Shown here in pieces: positions 52,383-60,551 of a DNA stretch of 64,000 nucleotides. Positions within the stretch are counted from its first letter, which is position 1. Every line of letters begins with the position of its first letter. The DNA lies in contig JAKLGJ010000001.1 in NCBI GenBank assembly GCA_022710715.1, positions 106,041-170,040 on the forward strand, in the 5' to 3' direction. The DNA comes from Candidatus Omnitrophota bacterium (GTDB taxonomy: Bacteria > Omnitrophota > Gorgyraeia > Gygaellales > Profunditerraquicolaceae). Both the position numbers and the translations under genes were made by a program. The notes beneath the pieces are model-generated. The model searched no databases. It worked only from the letters and a program-made list of their open reading frames with translations, and had not been told where the DNA came from.

Positions 52383-53482
52383 TGCGCACGATGTGGAGGA
52401 TCCTGTTGATCGCGCTGTTGATCTGTGCGTTCGGTGTCATTTCGATTTATTCCAGCACGTACAGCAAGGAAGGCGATTTCTGGCAGACGCTCTTTCTGCG
52501 CCAGATACTCTGGGTGGCGATGGGCGTGGCCGTCTTTTTCATGATGGCCAGGACCAATTACCGCCGGCTCTGGGACTGGACGTATGTGATTTACGGCGCG
52601 GTGCTTTTTTTGCTGCTGCTGGTGGTGATCATGGGGATCGTGCGTCTCGGCGCGCAGCGCTGGTTGCGTCTGGCAGGGTTCAATCTTCAACCGGCGGAAG
52701 TGGCTAAACTGGGTATCATTATTTTTCTGGCGAAATATTTCAGCAAGAAGTCGATCTATGACGTATCTCTGCCCACGCGCAGTTTCGGGATTTTCCGGGG
52801 GTTGATCGTACCGTTGATGTTCGTGACGGTGCCTGCGGCGTTAATCGTCGATCAGCCGGATCTGGGCAGCGGAGCGCTGGTTTTCGCCATCTTTCTGACG
52901 ATGATCTATTTGAGCAATGTGAAATTCAGGTTTATTCTCATCGTGCTGCTGGTATTGCTGGCCTGCGTGCCGGTCGGATGGAGCATGCTGCGCGATTATC
53001 AGAAGGACCGGGTGATGGTGTTCCTGAACCCGAACACCGACCCGCTGGGGGCGGGGTATACCGCCATCCAGTCCAAAATCGCTATCGGCTCCGGCGGGCT
53101 GTTGGGCAAGGGGTGGTTGTCCGGGACCCAGAGCCAGTTGCGTTTCCTGCCGGAATCGCACACTGATTTCATTTTCGCCACGTTCACCGAAGAATGGGGG
53201 TTCCTGGGAGGCGCGGCGCTCTTATTGTTGTATTATCTGTTGATCAAGGAAGGCATCGCTATCGCCGAGAAGACCGCGGACCAGTTCGGCCGTCTGCTGG
53301 CGCTGGGGATCTCGCTTATGCTGACATTGCAGGTATCGGTCAACATTGCCATGAATATGGGGCTGGTGCCGATCGTCGGTTTACCCCTGCCGCTGATGAG
53401 TTACGGCGGATCATCGGTGATGATTACGTTCATTGCGCTGGGGATCGTGGTGAATATCAACCGCACGCGCGCGGTGTTCTGA
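52382..53482 (+). CDS. mrdB: peptidoglycan glycosyltransferase RodA (SEDS family)
   Basis: SEDS 10-TM protein, PESHTDFIFA loop, follows mrdA. Confidence 0.9.
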   Translation: MRTMWRILLIALLICAFGVISIYSSTYSKEGDFWQTLFLRQILWVAMGVAVFFMMARTNYRRLWDWTYVIYGAVLFLLLLVVIMGIVRLGAQRWLRLAGFNLQPAEVAKLGIIIFLAKYFSKKSIYDVSLPTRSFGIFRGLIVPLMFVTVPAALIVDQPDLGSGALVFAIFLTMIYLSNVKFRFILIVLLVLLACVPVGWSMLRDYQKDRVMVFLNPNTDPLGAGYTAIQSKIAIGSGGLLGKGWLSGTQSQLRFLPESHTDFIFATFTEEWGFLGGAALLLLYYLLIKEGIAIAEKTADQFGRLLALGISLMLTLQVSVNIAMNMGLVPIVGLPLPLMSYGGSSVMITFIALGIVVNINRTRAVF

Positions 53483-53751
53483 AGCCATGTTTGCAGAATG
53501 CGCTGCTGCCGGGGCGCGGTTCGCAGCATCGCTCGCATTTCCCCGCCGAGTAAATGCTCGCTCGGAGTAAATTCTCGCTCGTCCCGGCGGGTTATAGCGG
53601 GGACACCGTGGCCGCTCGAATTTCCTACGTGCTGCTCATCGCGTCCCGACAGCAGCGCAGACGGCATACCCGGCGTATACGCGCAGCGCTGCCGGGGCGC
53701 GGTTCGCAGCACGGCGAGTGAGGCGCTGACAGCTGGGATAAGGAGGCGAAG
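53483..53751. repeat. repeat-rich intergenic element: 24-bp direct repeat pair flanking a tandem 17-mer
   Basis: GCTGCCGGGGCGCGGTTCGCAGCA at 53505-53528 and 53688-53711. Each copy sits inside an imperfect hairpin (GCTGCTGC...GCAGCA). Tandem GAGTAAATGCTCGCTCG / GAGTAAATTCTCGCTCG at 53548-53581. Confidence 0.6.
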
Positions 53752-54222
53752 ATGAATATAGAACTTACTTCATTTAAGGACCTGGTGGAGGCGTTAAAGG
53801 GGAATCTTACCGGCCACAGCGCCGTGATTACCGTTGACGGCGTGGAAGACGCCGGACAGGAGGAGCTGGCGGAAAAGCTGGGGAACCTTTTTAAGTGCGA
53901 GCAGATGCATATCGGCGGGAAACCCGATGCCGCCAAACTCAAGGCGGACATCGCCGCAAAGCGCAAGCAAACCAGCATTATCGTCAGCGGGATCATGCTG
54001 CGCAAAATCATGGCTGCCGCCGGGATCGATCCCGATGTCAGCGTGTACGTCATTCCCGCGCCCGGCAACAGCCGCAGGGGGTTCTGGGAAGGGATCCTTT
54101 CCAAACCCCTCGAGCTCTACCTGTCGCAGCTGTCATCGGATCTGGATAAGAAGACCGTGGAGTATCACCATCAATTCCACCCGATCATCCACGCGGATTT
54201 TCTGGTTGAGGGGGAAGAATAG
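53752..54222 (+). CDS. hypothetical P-loop-kinase-fold protein with degenerate Walker A
   Basis: AVITVDGVEDAGQEEL sits where NMP/uridine-kinase-like proteins carry GxxxxGK[ST], so the Lys/Thr are replaced by Gln/Glu. A later SIIVSG...DVSVYVIPAP resembles the kinase lid/Walker B region. Good RBS AAGGAGG. Confidence 0.45.
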   Translation: MNIELTSFKDLVEALKGNLTGHSAVITVDGVEDAGQEELAEKLGNLFKCEQMHIGGKPDAAKLKADIAAKRKQTSIIVSGIMLRKIMAAAGIDPDVSVYVIPAPGNSRRGFWEGILSKPLELYLSQLSSDLDKKTVEYHHQFHPIIHADFLVEGEE

Positions 54223-54354
54223 GAGTTGGAGGTTAGGGAAAAGGAAGAAACGATTAGTTCCGTGGTAAATTATTCAGCGACAAGAAGGCTAAAAATCCCT
54301 GAATTAAGTAAGCTGTTCCCGCAATTTCCAAGAATTAATGATAACAAAGGAGGA

Positions 54355-54732
54355 ATGATGAATTTGAAGATTTGGTTAACACTTTCTATTCTTGTTAGTA
54401 TATTCTGGGGTGTTAGATCAGCGTTTTTATTTGTGAACACGCCTAAGTGCGGATTGAGCGAACAGTTTCCACGGTGGGGAAGGTTTTTTATCTATAGCTA
54501 CCAGTTTATCTTTAATTTTGTAGGTTCGATGGCCGGTTGGGCATGTTTTTACATTTTGGTTGTTAGAGTTTCGATATATTATCCTTCTATGGAAGGGTTT
54601 AATGTTACTGATCTCTGGTTATTTATTTTCTCTGTGATAGGTTTGACTGGACATTTACCGCAATCTACATATGGATTGGTTGAATCGTTTAGTAAGTTTG
54701 CTAATGCATTAGCCAAAAAGTATTCGACGTGA
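54355..54732 (+). CDS. small (125 aa) 3-4 TM membrane protein of unknown function encoded in an AT-rich (~37% GC) islet
   Basis: Strong RBS AAAGGAGGA before tandem ATG ATG. Predicted TM helices. Codon usage and GC differ sharply from the flanking DNA. No recognisable family. Confidence 0.55.
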   Translation: MMNLKIWLTLSILVSIFWGVRSAFLFVNTPKCGLSEQFPRWGRFFIYSYQFIFNFVGSMAGWACFYILVVRVSIYYPSMEGFNVTDLWLFIFSVIGLTGHLPQSTYGLVESFSKFANALAKKYST

Positions 54733-54901
54733 AAATGTCCGATTTTAATGGATGGAATAACAATGGGTTTTAATTGTGCAATCTTTTGGGTTGTAGGTTG
54801 TGGATTTTTGTTTTTCTCTAACCCCTAACCCCAATCATGGGGATTTGATGCGTGTTTTTCTGTCACCTGACACCTGTAATCTGAATAATGAAAGAGAACG
54901 T

Positions 54902-56593
54902 ATGATCAACGACGATGTGCTGCTGGGATTGAAGAAGCCGGCGCGTTACACCGGCGGAGAATGGAACAGTTCGAACAAGGATTTCGAAGCCGCCGGGATA
55001 ACGTTCGCTCTGGGATTCCCCGATCTTTACGAGGTGGGGATGAGCAATCTCGGTATCCGTATCATTTATTCTTTGCTCAACGCTTTGCCGGATGTGGTCT
55101 GCGAGCGGTTCTTTTCTCCGGATCTGGATTGCGAAGCGCTGATCCGCGAGCGGGGGTATCCGCTGGCCACGCTGGAATCGCGCCGGCAGCTCAAAGAATT
55201 CGATATCGTGGGATTGTCGCTGGCTTATGAACTGTGCTACACCAACGTGCTGGCGTTGCTGGATCTGGGAGGTATTCCTTTTGACGCCGCGCAGCGCGAT
55301 CATACGTTCCCCTTGATCATCGGGGGGGGGCCGTGTTCGTTGAATCCGGAACCGCTGTGTTCTTTTTTCGATCTTTTTGTCATCGGAGAAGCGGAAGAGG
55401 TAGTGCTGGAATTGATGGATGTGTACCGGCGGCGCAAGGCAGAATACAGAGCGGGCCGTTTGAGCAAGCAGGACCTTCTTTCCGCCTGCGCGCAGCTCAA
55501 AGGAGTATACGTGCCTTCGTTGGCAACCCAGCAGACCGTGCAGAAACGGTTTATCGCCAGCATGGATGCGGCGCACGTGCCTCTGGACTGGCTGGTTCCT
55601 TTTATTCAGATCGTGCATGACCGCATTACCGTTGAAGTGAGCCGCGGGTGTCCCAATCGCTGCCGTTTCTGTCAGGCCCGGAATCAATATTATCCTTACC
55701 GCAACCGCAGTCTCGACACGGTGATTACCGCTGCGCAGGAAACATACCGGCGTACCGGTTACGATGAAATCTCGCTTTCCGGCCTTTCGGTGAGCGATTA
55801 TCCCGGATTGAAGATCCTGCTGGAACGCTTGATCGATCTGTTCCGGGAAAAAGGGGTGAGTGTTTCTCTGCCGTCGGTCAAGTCCAAACTGATGCTCGGG
55901 GAGCTCTCCGAAGTGATCGCGCGGATCAAGAAGACCGGTTTGACCTTTGCGCCGGAAGCCGGCACGGAACAGATGCGCCAGCGCCTGGCCAAAGATTTCG
56001 ATCTCGAGGAATTTTTCGTGGTTTTGCAGCAGGCGTATCAGGCGGGCTATCAGCACGTCAAGCTGTATTTCATGATCGGATTGCCCGGCGAAACGCAGGC
56101 CGATCTGGACGGTATTGTGGAATTGGTGCATAAAGTTTCCGATCTGCGCCGGTCTGTCTGCGGCCGGGCGGCGGAAGTGCATATCAGCGTCAATGCCCTG
56201 ATCCCCAAACCCCACACCGCTTTCCAGTGGATGCGGATGGAAGACCCGGAGACGATTCGCGTCAAACAGGAGTATTTGAAAGATAAGCTGCGCGCCCGCA
56301 AGTTCAAACTTTCTTTTCACCATCGGCAGATGAGTTTTCTGGAAGGGGTATTCTCCCGCGGTGACCGGGCGCTGGGCGCGGTGGTCCAGGCGGCATACAA
56401 AAAAGGCTGCAGGTTTGACGGCTGGCAGGAGCATTTTGTTTTTGAACGGTGGATGGAGGCTTTCAGCGAATGCGGTCTCCAGCCGCAGGACTACCTGCGC
56501 CAGCGCGATCTGCAGGAGCCCCTGCCGTGGGATTTTCTGGATACGGGGGTGCCGAAAGAGCTGTTGTTGTCCGAAGCCAGAAAAGTATTGTAA
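54902..56593 (+). CDS. B12-binding-like domain + radical SAM protein (TIGR03960-type, function unknown)
   Basis: Conserved N-terminal KPARYTGGEWN, radical SAM CPNRCRFC (CxxxCxxC), ~560 aa. Alternative upstream starts at 54848 or 54800 would extend into the AT-rich islet. Confidence 0.8.
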   Translation: MINDDVLLGLKKPARYTGGEWNSSNKDFEAAGITFALGFPDLYEVGMSNLGIRIIYSLLNALPDVVCERFFSPDLDCEALIRERGYPLATLESRRQLKEFDIVGLSLAYELCYTNVLALLDLGGIPFDAAQRDHTFPLIIGGGPCSLNPEPLCSFFDLFVIGEAEEVVLELMDVYRRRKAEYRAGRLSKQDLLSACAQLKGVYVPSLATQQTVQKRFIASMDAAHVPLDWLVPFIQIVHDRITVEVSRGCPNRCRFCQARNQYYPYRNRSLDTVITAAQETYRRTGYDEISLSGLSVSDYPGLKILLERLIDLFREKGVSVSLPSVKSKLMLGELSEVIARIKKTGLTFAPEAGTEQMRQRLAKDFDLEEFFVVLQQAYQAGYQHVKLYFMIGLPGETQADLDGIVELVHKVSDLRRSVCGRAAEVHISVNALIPKPHTAFQWMRMEDPETIRVKQEYLKDKLRARKFKLSFHHRQMSFLEGVFSRGDRALGAVVQAAYKKGCRFDGWQEHFVFERWMEAFSECGLQPQDYLRQRDLQEPLPWDFLDTGVPKELLLSEARKVL

Positions 56594-56648
56594 TTGCTTG
56601 GGTTGGAGTGTATAATAGTCACATCAAAAATTCCATAGGGCCAGATAC

Positions 56649-57098
56649 ATGACCGCCAGAAAAGTTATCAACAAACAACTAGGGGAGCTCCTGATTGAAC
56701 AAGGGATCATTAACTCTGTTCAATTGGAGAAAGCTCTTGCTTTCCAGGTGGATCATGGCGGACTTATTGGCGAGATTCTGGTCAATCACGGATTTGCCAA
56801 AGAAGAGGATATTGCCCAGGCATTGACCATTCAGTACGGCTTTCCCTATCTGCCGCTGGGCAGTTATGAGATCAGCCAGGAGATCCTGGACGTTGTCCCT
56901 GCGCAGATCGTCAAGCAGTACCAGCTGGTGCCGGTGGATAAGATCGGCAACAACCTGACTGTCGGTATGGTCAATCCTCTCAACGGCAAAGCGATCGAAG
57001 ATGTCGAAGCGGCAACCGGTTGCACTGTCCAACTGTTCGTATGCACGCTTTCCGACGTCAAAAACGCAATCCAGAAGTATTACACCACAAAGAAATAA
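56649..57098 (+). CDS. standalone T2SSE_N / MshEN-like domain protein (candidate c-di-GMP receptor)
   Basis: 149 aa comprising only a GspE N-terminal domain. QLGELLIEQGIINSVQLEKALAFQ fits the 24-residue MshEN c-di-GMP-binding motif [RK]LGxxLxxxGxIxxxQLxxALxxQ; a second degenerate copy follows. Confidence 0.7.
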   Translation: MTARKVINKQLGELLIEQGIINSVQLEKALAFQVDHGGLIGEILVNHGFAKEEDIAQALTIQYGFPYLPLGSYEISQEILDVVPAQIVKQYQLVPVDKIGNNLTVGMVNPLNGKAIEDVEAATGCTVQLFVCTLSDVKNAIQKYYTTKK

Positions 57099-57107
57099 TC
57101 GCCATAG

Positions 57108-58826
57108 ATGCTCTCCCTCAAAGACCGCCTCACAGAGATCTTAATCAAGAATAAGCTCATCTTACCTGAACAGTTACAACAGGCGTTGGCCATCCAGCAG
57201 AAGACCGGCGGGAAATTAAGCGATATTATCGTCGAAAACAAGTTTGTCAAAGAATCCGATCTGATCTCCGCGTTGAGCGAAGGCCTGAATTTCCCTCTGA
57301 TCGACCTGAAGCGTTTTAAAGTCGATTCGGAGGTGGTCAAGCTCGTTCCTCCGCAGACCGCCAAGCATTTCCAGATCATTCCCGTGGCCAAAATCGGCGA
57401 TACCATTACGCTGGCTATGGCCGACCCGCTGAATATTTTCGCCATCGACCATGTGGCGGCGCTCACCGGATTCAAGATCAATCCCATTATCGCCTCCAGC
57501 CACGATATTAATCAGGCGATCGAGGCTTCCTATCCCGATACGACCAAAGAGATGATTTCCGACCTGGTCAAAGAGATTTCCGACGCCTCGAGTATCGAAC
57601 TGGTCAAGGAGGAAAAGCAGGCATATAGCGGAGAGCAGGATGTCGGGCATATTACTCTCGACGCCCCGGTAATCAAGCTGACCGATCTTATCCTTGAAGA
57701 GGCGGTGAGGAAGAAAGCTTCGGACATACTGATCGAACCGTTTGAAAAAAAACTGCGGGTGCGTTACCGTATCGACGGACTCCTGCGTGAAGAGCCGGCG
57801 CCTCCGAAAAATCTGCACACGTCCATCGTTTCCAGGATCAAGGTCATGTCGGAGTTGAATATTGCCGAGCACCGCCTGCCGCAGGACGGCAGGTTCAAGG
57901 CCAAAGTTACCGGCAAAGAGGTCGATTTCCGTATTTCGGTATTGCCTTCCGCTTTCGGGGAAAAAGTGGCGATCCGCATCCTGGATAAAACGCAGGCCAT
58001 GCTCGATCTGACCAAGACGGGTTTCGATCCGGATGTCATCGAAAAGGTCAAGAAGATTTCGAAATTGCCTCACGGCATGATCCTGGTCACCGGACCGACC
58101 GGTTCGGGAAAAACCACGACGCTGTATTCGGTGCTGAAATTCCTGGATAGCCCGCAGAAGAATATCGTTACCGTTGAAGATCCGGTGGAATATCAGCTCG
58201 AGGGCATCAATCAGGTCACGGTGCATACGGAAGTCGGTTTGACCTTCGCCAGCGCATTGCGTTCCATCCTGCGTCAGGATCCCAACATTATCATGATCGG
58301 CGAGATCCGCGATCTTGAGACGGTGGATATCGCGATCAAAAGCGCTTTGACCGGTCATCTCGTTCTGTCGACGTTGCACACGACAACCGCCTGCGGTTCT
58401 GTTGTCCGTCTGGTGAATATGGGGGTGGAGCCGTTCATGATCAACTCCGCGCTGGTATGCGTGGTGGCGCAGAGATTGGTGCGCAAGATATGTCCGAAAT
58501 GCAAGGAAGAGGATGTCCTGGCGGAAGATGTCATGGAAACGTTGCGTGTCAGGTTCCCCAAAGGGGAGAAGGTGAAATTCTACAAAGGAAAAGGATGTCC
58601 CGCTTGTTTCAATCTGGGATACGCAGGCAGGCTGGGCATCGCGGAAGTACTGATCCTTACCCCGGCGATCAGAGATCTGATCCTGAATCGCGCGCAGGAA
58701 CATATTCTTAAACAGCACGCGCGCAAAGAAGGCATGCGCACGCTGCGGGAAGACGGGATGCGGGCGGTGGTCGCCGGCCAGACGACGGTGGAAGAAATTG
58801 TCAGGGTAACTGCCCCGGATGACTAA
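57108..58826 (+). CDS. pilB: type IV pilus assembly / T2SS ATPase, PilB/GspE family (copy 1)
   Basis: N-terminal GspE_N domain, Walker A GPTGSGKTTTLYS, Asp box, Walker B, His box, tetra-Cys zinc motif CPKC...CPAC. 572 aa, so PilB-type rather than PilT. Confidence 0.9.
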   Translation: MLSLKDRLTEILIKNKLILPEQLQQALAIQQKTGGKLSDIIVENKFVKESDLISALSEGLNFPLIDLKRFKVDSEVVKLVPPQTAKHFQIIPVAKIGDTITLAMADPLNIFAIDHVAALTGFKINPIIASSHDINQAIEASYPDTTKEMISDLVKEISDASSIELVKEEKQAYSGEQDVGHITLDAPVIKLTDLILEEAVRKKASDILIEPFEKKLRVRYRIDGLLREEPAPPKNLHTSIVSRIKVMSELNIAEHRLPQDGRFKAKVTGKEVDFRISVLPSAFGEKVAIRILDKTQAMLDLTKTGFDPDVIEKVKKISKLPHGMILVTGPTGSGKTTTLYSVLKFLDSPQKNIVTVEDPVEYQLEGINQVTVHTEVGLTFASALRSILRQDPNIIMIGEIRDLETVDIAIKSALTGHLVLSTLHTTTACGSVVRLVNMGVEPFMINSALVCVVAQRLVRKICPKCKEEDVLAEDVMETLRVRFPKGEKVKFYKGKGCPACFNLGYAGRLGIAEVLILTPAIRDLILNRAQEHILKQHARKEGMRTLREDGMRAVVAGQTTVEEIVRVTAPDD

Positions 58827-58829
58827 ACG

Positions 58830-60548
58830 ATGAAAGCGCTTAAAGAAAACCTTATCGAAATTCTGCTCAAGAACAATCTTCTGACCCAGGATCAGCTGGA
58901 CAAAGCGGTGGAGCTTCAGAAGAAGAAGCAGATTCCTTTGCGTCGCGTCCTGATCGAGGAGAAGATCATCCCGGAGGAACAGCTTCTGGTTTTTCTTTCC
59001 TCGCACCTGTATATACCCACGCTGCATCTGACCAAATACAAATTCGATCCCGAGATCGTCAAGATCATTCCGCATCATATCGCCGTGCAATACCGGGTCA
59101 TTCCCCTCTCGAAGATGGCCAATATGCTCACCGTGGCGTTGTCCGATCCGTTGAATATCTTTGCCATAGACGATTTGAAAGTCATTACCGGCTGTGAGAT
59201 CGATATTGTCTTGAGCCCGGAAGAAGAGATCAACAAGGCTATCGATGCCCAGTATTCGTCTTCCGGGAAAGGCATGGACGATATACTCAAGGATGACCAG
59301 CAGGATAAGCTTGAAGGCGATAAGAAAGACGTGGAAGTGCTCAAGGAAGACGATATCGACCTCTCCGCAATGGTCAGCGAGAGCGAGAAACCCACGATCG
59401 TCAAGCTGGTCGATCTCATGCTTACGGAAGCTTTGAAGAAAAGGGCTTCGGATATCCATATCGAACCCGCGGTGGACGGGCTGAAAGTCAGGTATCGCAT
59501 CGACGGGGCGTTGCATGAGATCATCCGTCTGCCCAAGAAGAACCAGAATGCGGTGACCGCCAGATTGAAGATCATTTCCAATATGAATATTACCGAGAAT
59601 CGCATCCCGCAGGACGGCCGTTTCAAGGTGAAATTCGAAGGCAAAGAGATCGATTTTCGCGTCTCCAGTCTGCCGACCACCTTCGGTCAGAAATTCGTCT
59701 TGCGCGTGCTCGACAAGGGGAATCTTTCCATCGGTCTGGACAAGCTGGGTTTCTCTCCGTATCCTTTGAAGGTGTTCAAGACCGCAGTGACCAAACCGTT
59801 CGGCATGATCCTGGTTACCGGCCCCACCGGATCAGGCAAATCGACGACGCTCTATTCGGTGTTGAACCAGCTGAATACCCCGGAACGCAATATCATTACC
59901 ATCGAAGATCCGGTGGAATATCAACTGGAGGGGATTACCCAGATTCCGGTCAGGCATGAGATCGGGCTGGATTTTTCCGCCGGGTTGCGCGCGGTGCTGC
60001 GGCAGAGCCCGGACGTGATCATGGTGGGGGAGATCCGCGATTCCGAGACCGCGGATATCGCGGTCAAAGCCGCGCTTACCGGGCAACTCTTCCTGTCCAC
60101 GCTGCATACCAACGACGCTTTGACCAGTATCACCAGACTTATGGATATGGGGATCGAGCCGTTTCTGGTGGCTACCAGCCTGATCATGGTGTGCGCGCAG
60201 AGATTGTGCCGCAGGATATGCCCTAAATGTAAAAAACCGGAAGAGCTTTCCCGGGAGTATCTCAAGGAAGTCGGTTTTCCCCTTGATGAAAAGATCACCT
60301 TTTACAAGTCTCCGGGATGCAAATATTGCAACAATACCGGTTTCTATGGTAGAATAGCTATACTTGAAGCGGTGTTGATCGATGATACGATCCGCGAGAT
60401 GATCATCAAGAAGCAGTCTTTAGACGCCATCAAGGATTACGCCGTGAAAAAAATCGGCATGCAGATGCTGCGCGACGACGCTTTTGTGAAGGTCAAGGAC
60501 GGGATGACGTCCATGGAAGAAGCGCTGCGTATTACCACCGAGGAATAA
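58830..60548 (+). CDS. type IV pilus assembly / T2SS ATPase, PilB/GspE family (copy 2, paralog)
   Basis: Same architecture as copy 1: GspE_N, GPTGSGKSTTLYS, CPKC...CKYC. 572 aa and clearly diverged from copy 1. Confidence 0.9.
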   Translation: MKALKENLIEILLKNNLLTQDQLDKAVELQKKKQIPLRRVLIEEKIIPEEQLLVFLSSHLYIPTLHLTKYKFDPEIVKIIPHHIAVQYRVIPLSKMANMLTVALSDPLNIFAIDDLKVITGCEIDIVLSPEEEINKAIDAQYSSSGKGMDDILKDDQQDKLEGDKKDVEVLKEDDIDLSAMVSESEKPTIVKLVDLMLTEALKKRASDIHIEPAVDGLKVRYRIDGALHEIIRLPKKNQNAVTARLKIISNMNITENRIPQDGRFKVKFEGKEIDFRVSSLPTTFGQKFVLRVLDKGNLSIGLDKLGFSPYPLKVFKTAVTKPFGMILVTGPTGSGKSTTLYSVLNQLNTPERNIITIEDPVEYQLEGITQIPVRHEIGLDFSAGLRAVLRQSPDVIMVGEIRDSETADIAVKAALTGQLFLSTLHTNDALTSITRLMDMGIEPFLVATSLIMVCAQRLCRRICPKCKKPEELSREYLKEVGFPLDEKITFYKSPGCKYCNNTGFYGRIAILEAVLIDDTIREMIIKKQSLDAIKDYAVKKIGMQMLRDDAFVKVKDGMTSMEEALRITTEE

Positions 60549-60551
60549 CCG

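Noticed and set aside
53505-53711. Possible CRISPR array suggested by the 24-bp direct repeats
   Set aside because: Only two repeat copies separated by ~160 bp, with no cas genes nearby and repeats embedded in hairpins. This does not fit a CRISPR array and was treated as a REP/MITE-like or sRNA region.
54818-54831. CTAACCCCTAACCC, two copies of the complement of the TTAGGG telomere repeat
   Set aside because: Only two units, in a circular-type bacterial gene context. Most likely coincidence within the AT-rich islet tail.
54800-54901. ORF-track start of the radical SAM protein at 54800 (MDFCFSLTPNPNHGDL...)
   Set aside because: These 34 codons lie in the AT-rich foreign segment and are absent from the conserved family N-terminus (…LLxLKKPARYTGGEWN). 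Starts at 54902 or 54848 (RBS GGGGA) are more plausible. It is kept only as an alternative.
57216-59516. 766-aa antisense ORF spanning both pilB paralogs. Similar long antisense ORFs occur at 54863-56434, 61478-62869, 39016-40323, 34020-35000, 32557-33591, 25043-26011, 20174-21127, 30348-31211 and 8784-9617.
   Set aside because: High-GC DNA lacks stop codons on the opposite strand. Every one of these overlaps a + strand gene with unmistakable conserved motifs (Walker boxes, Mur ligase P-loops and so on), and their translations are low-complexity R/P/G-rich with no recognisable domains.
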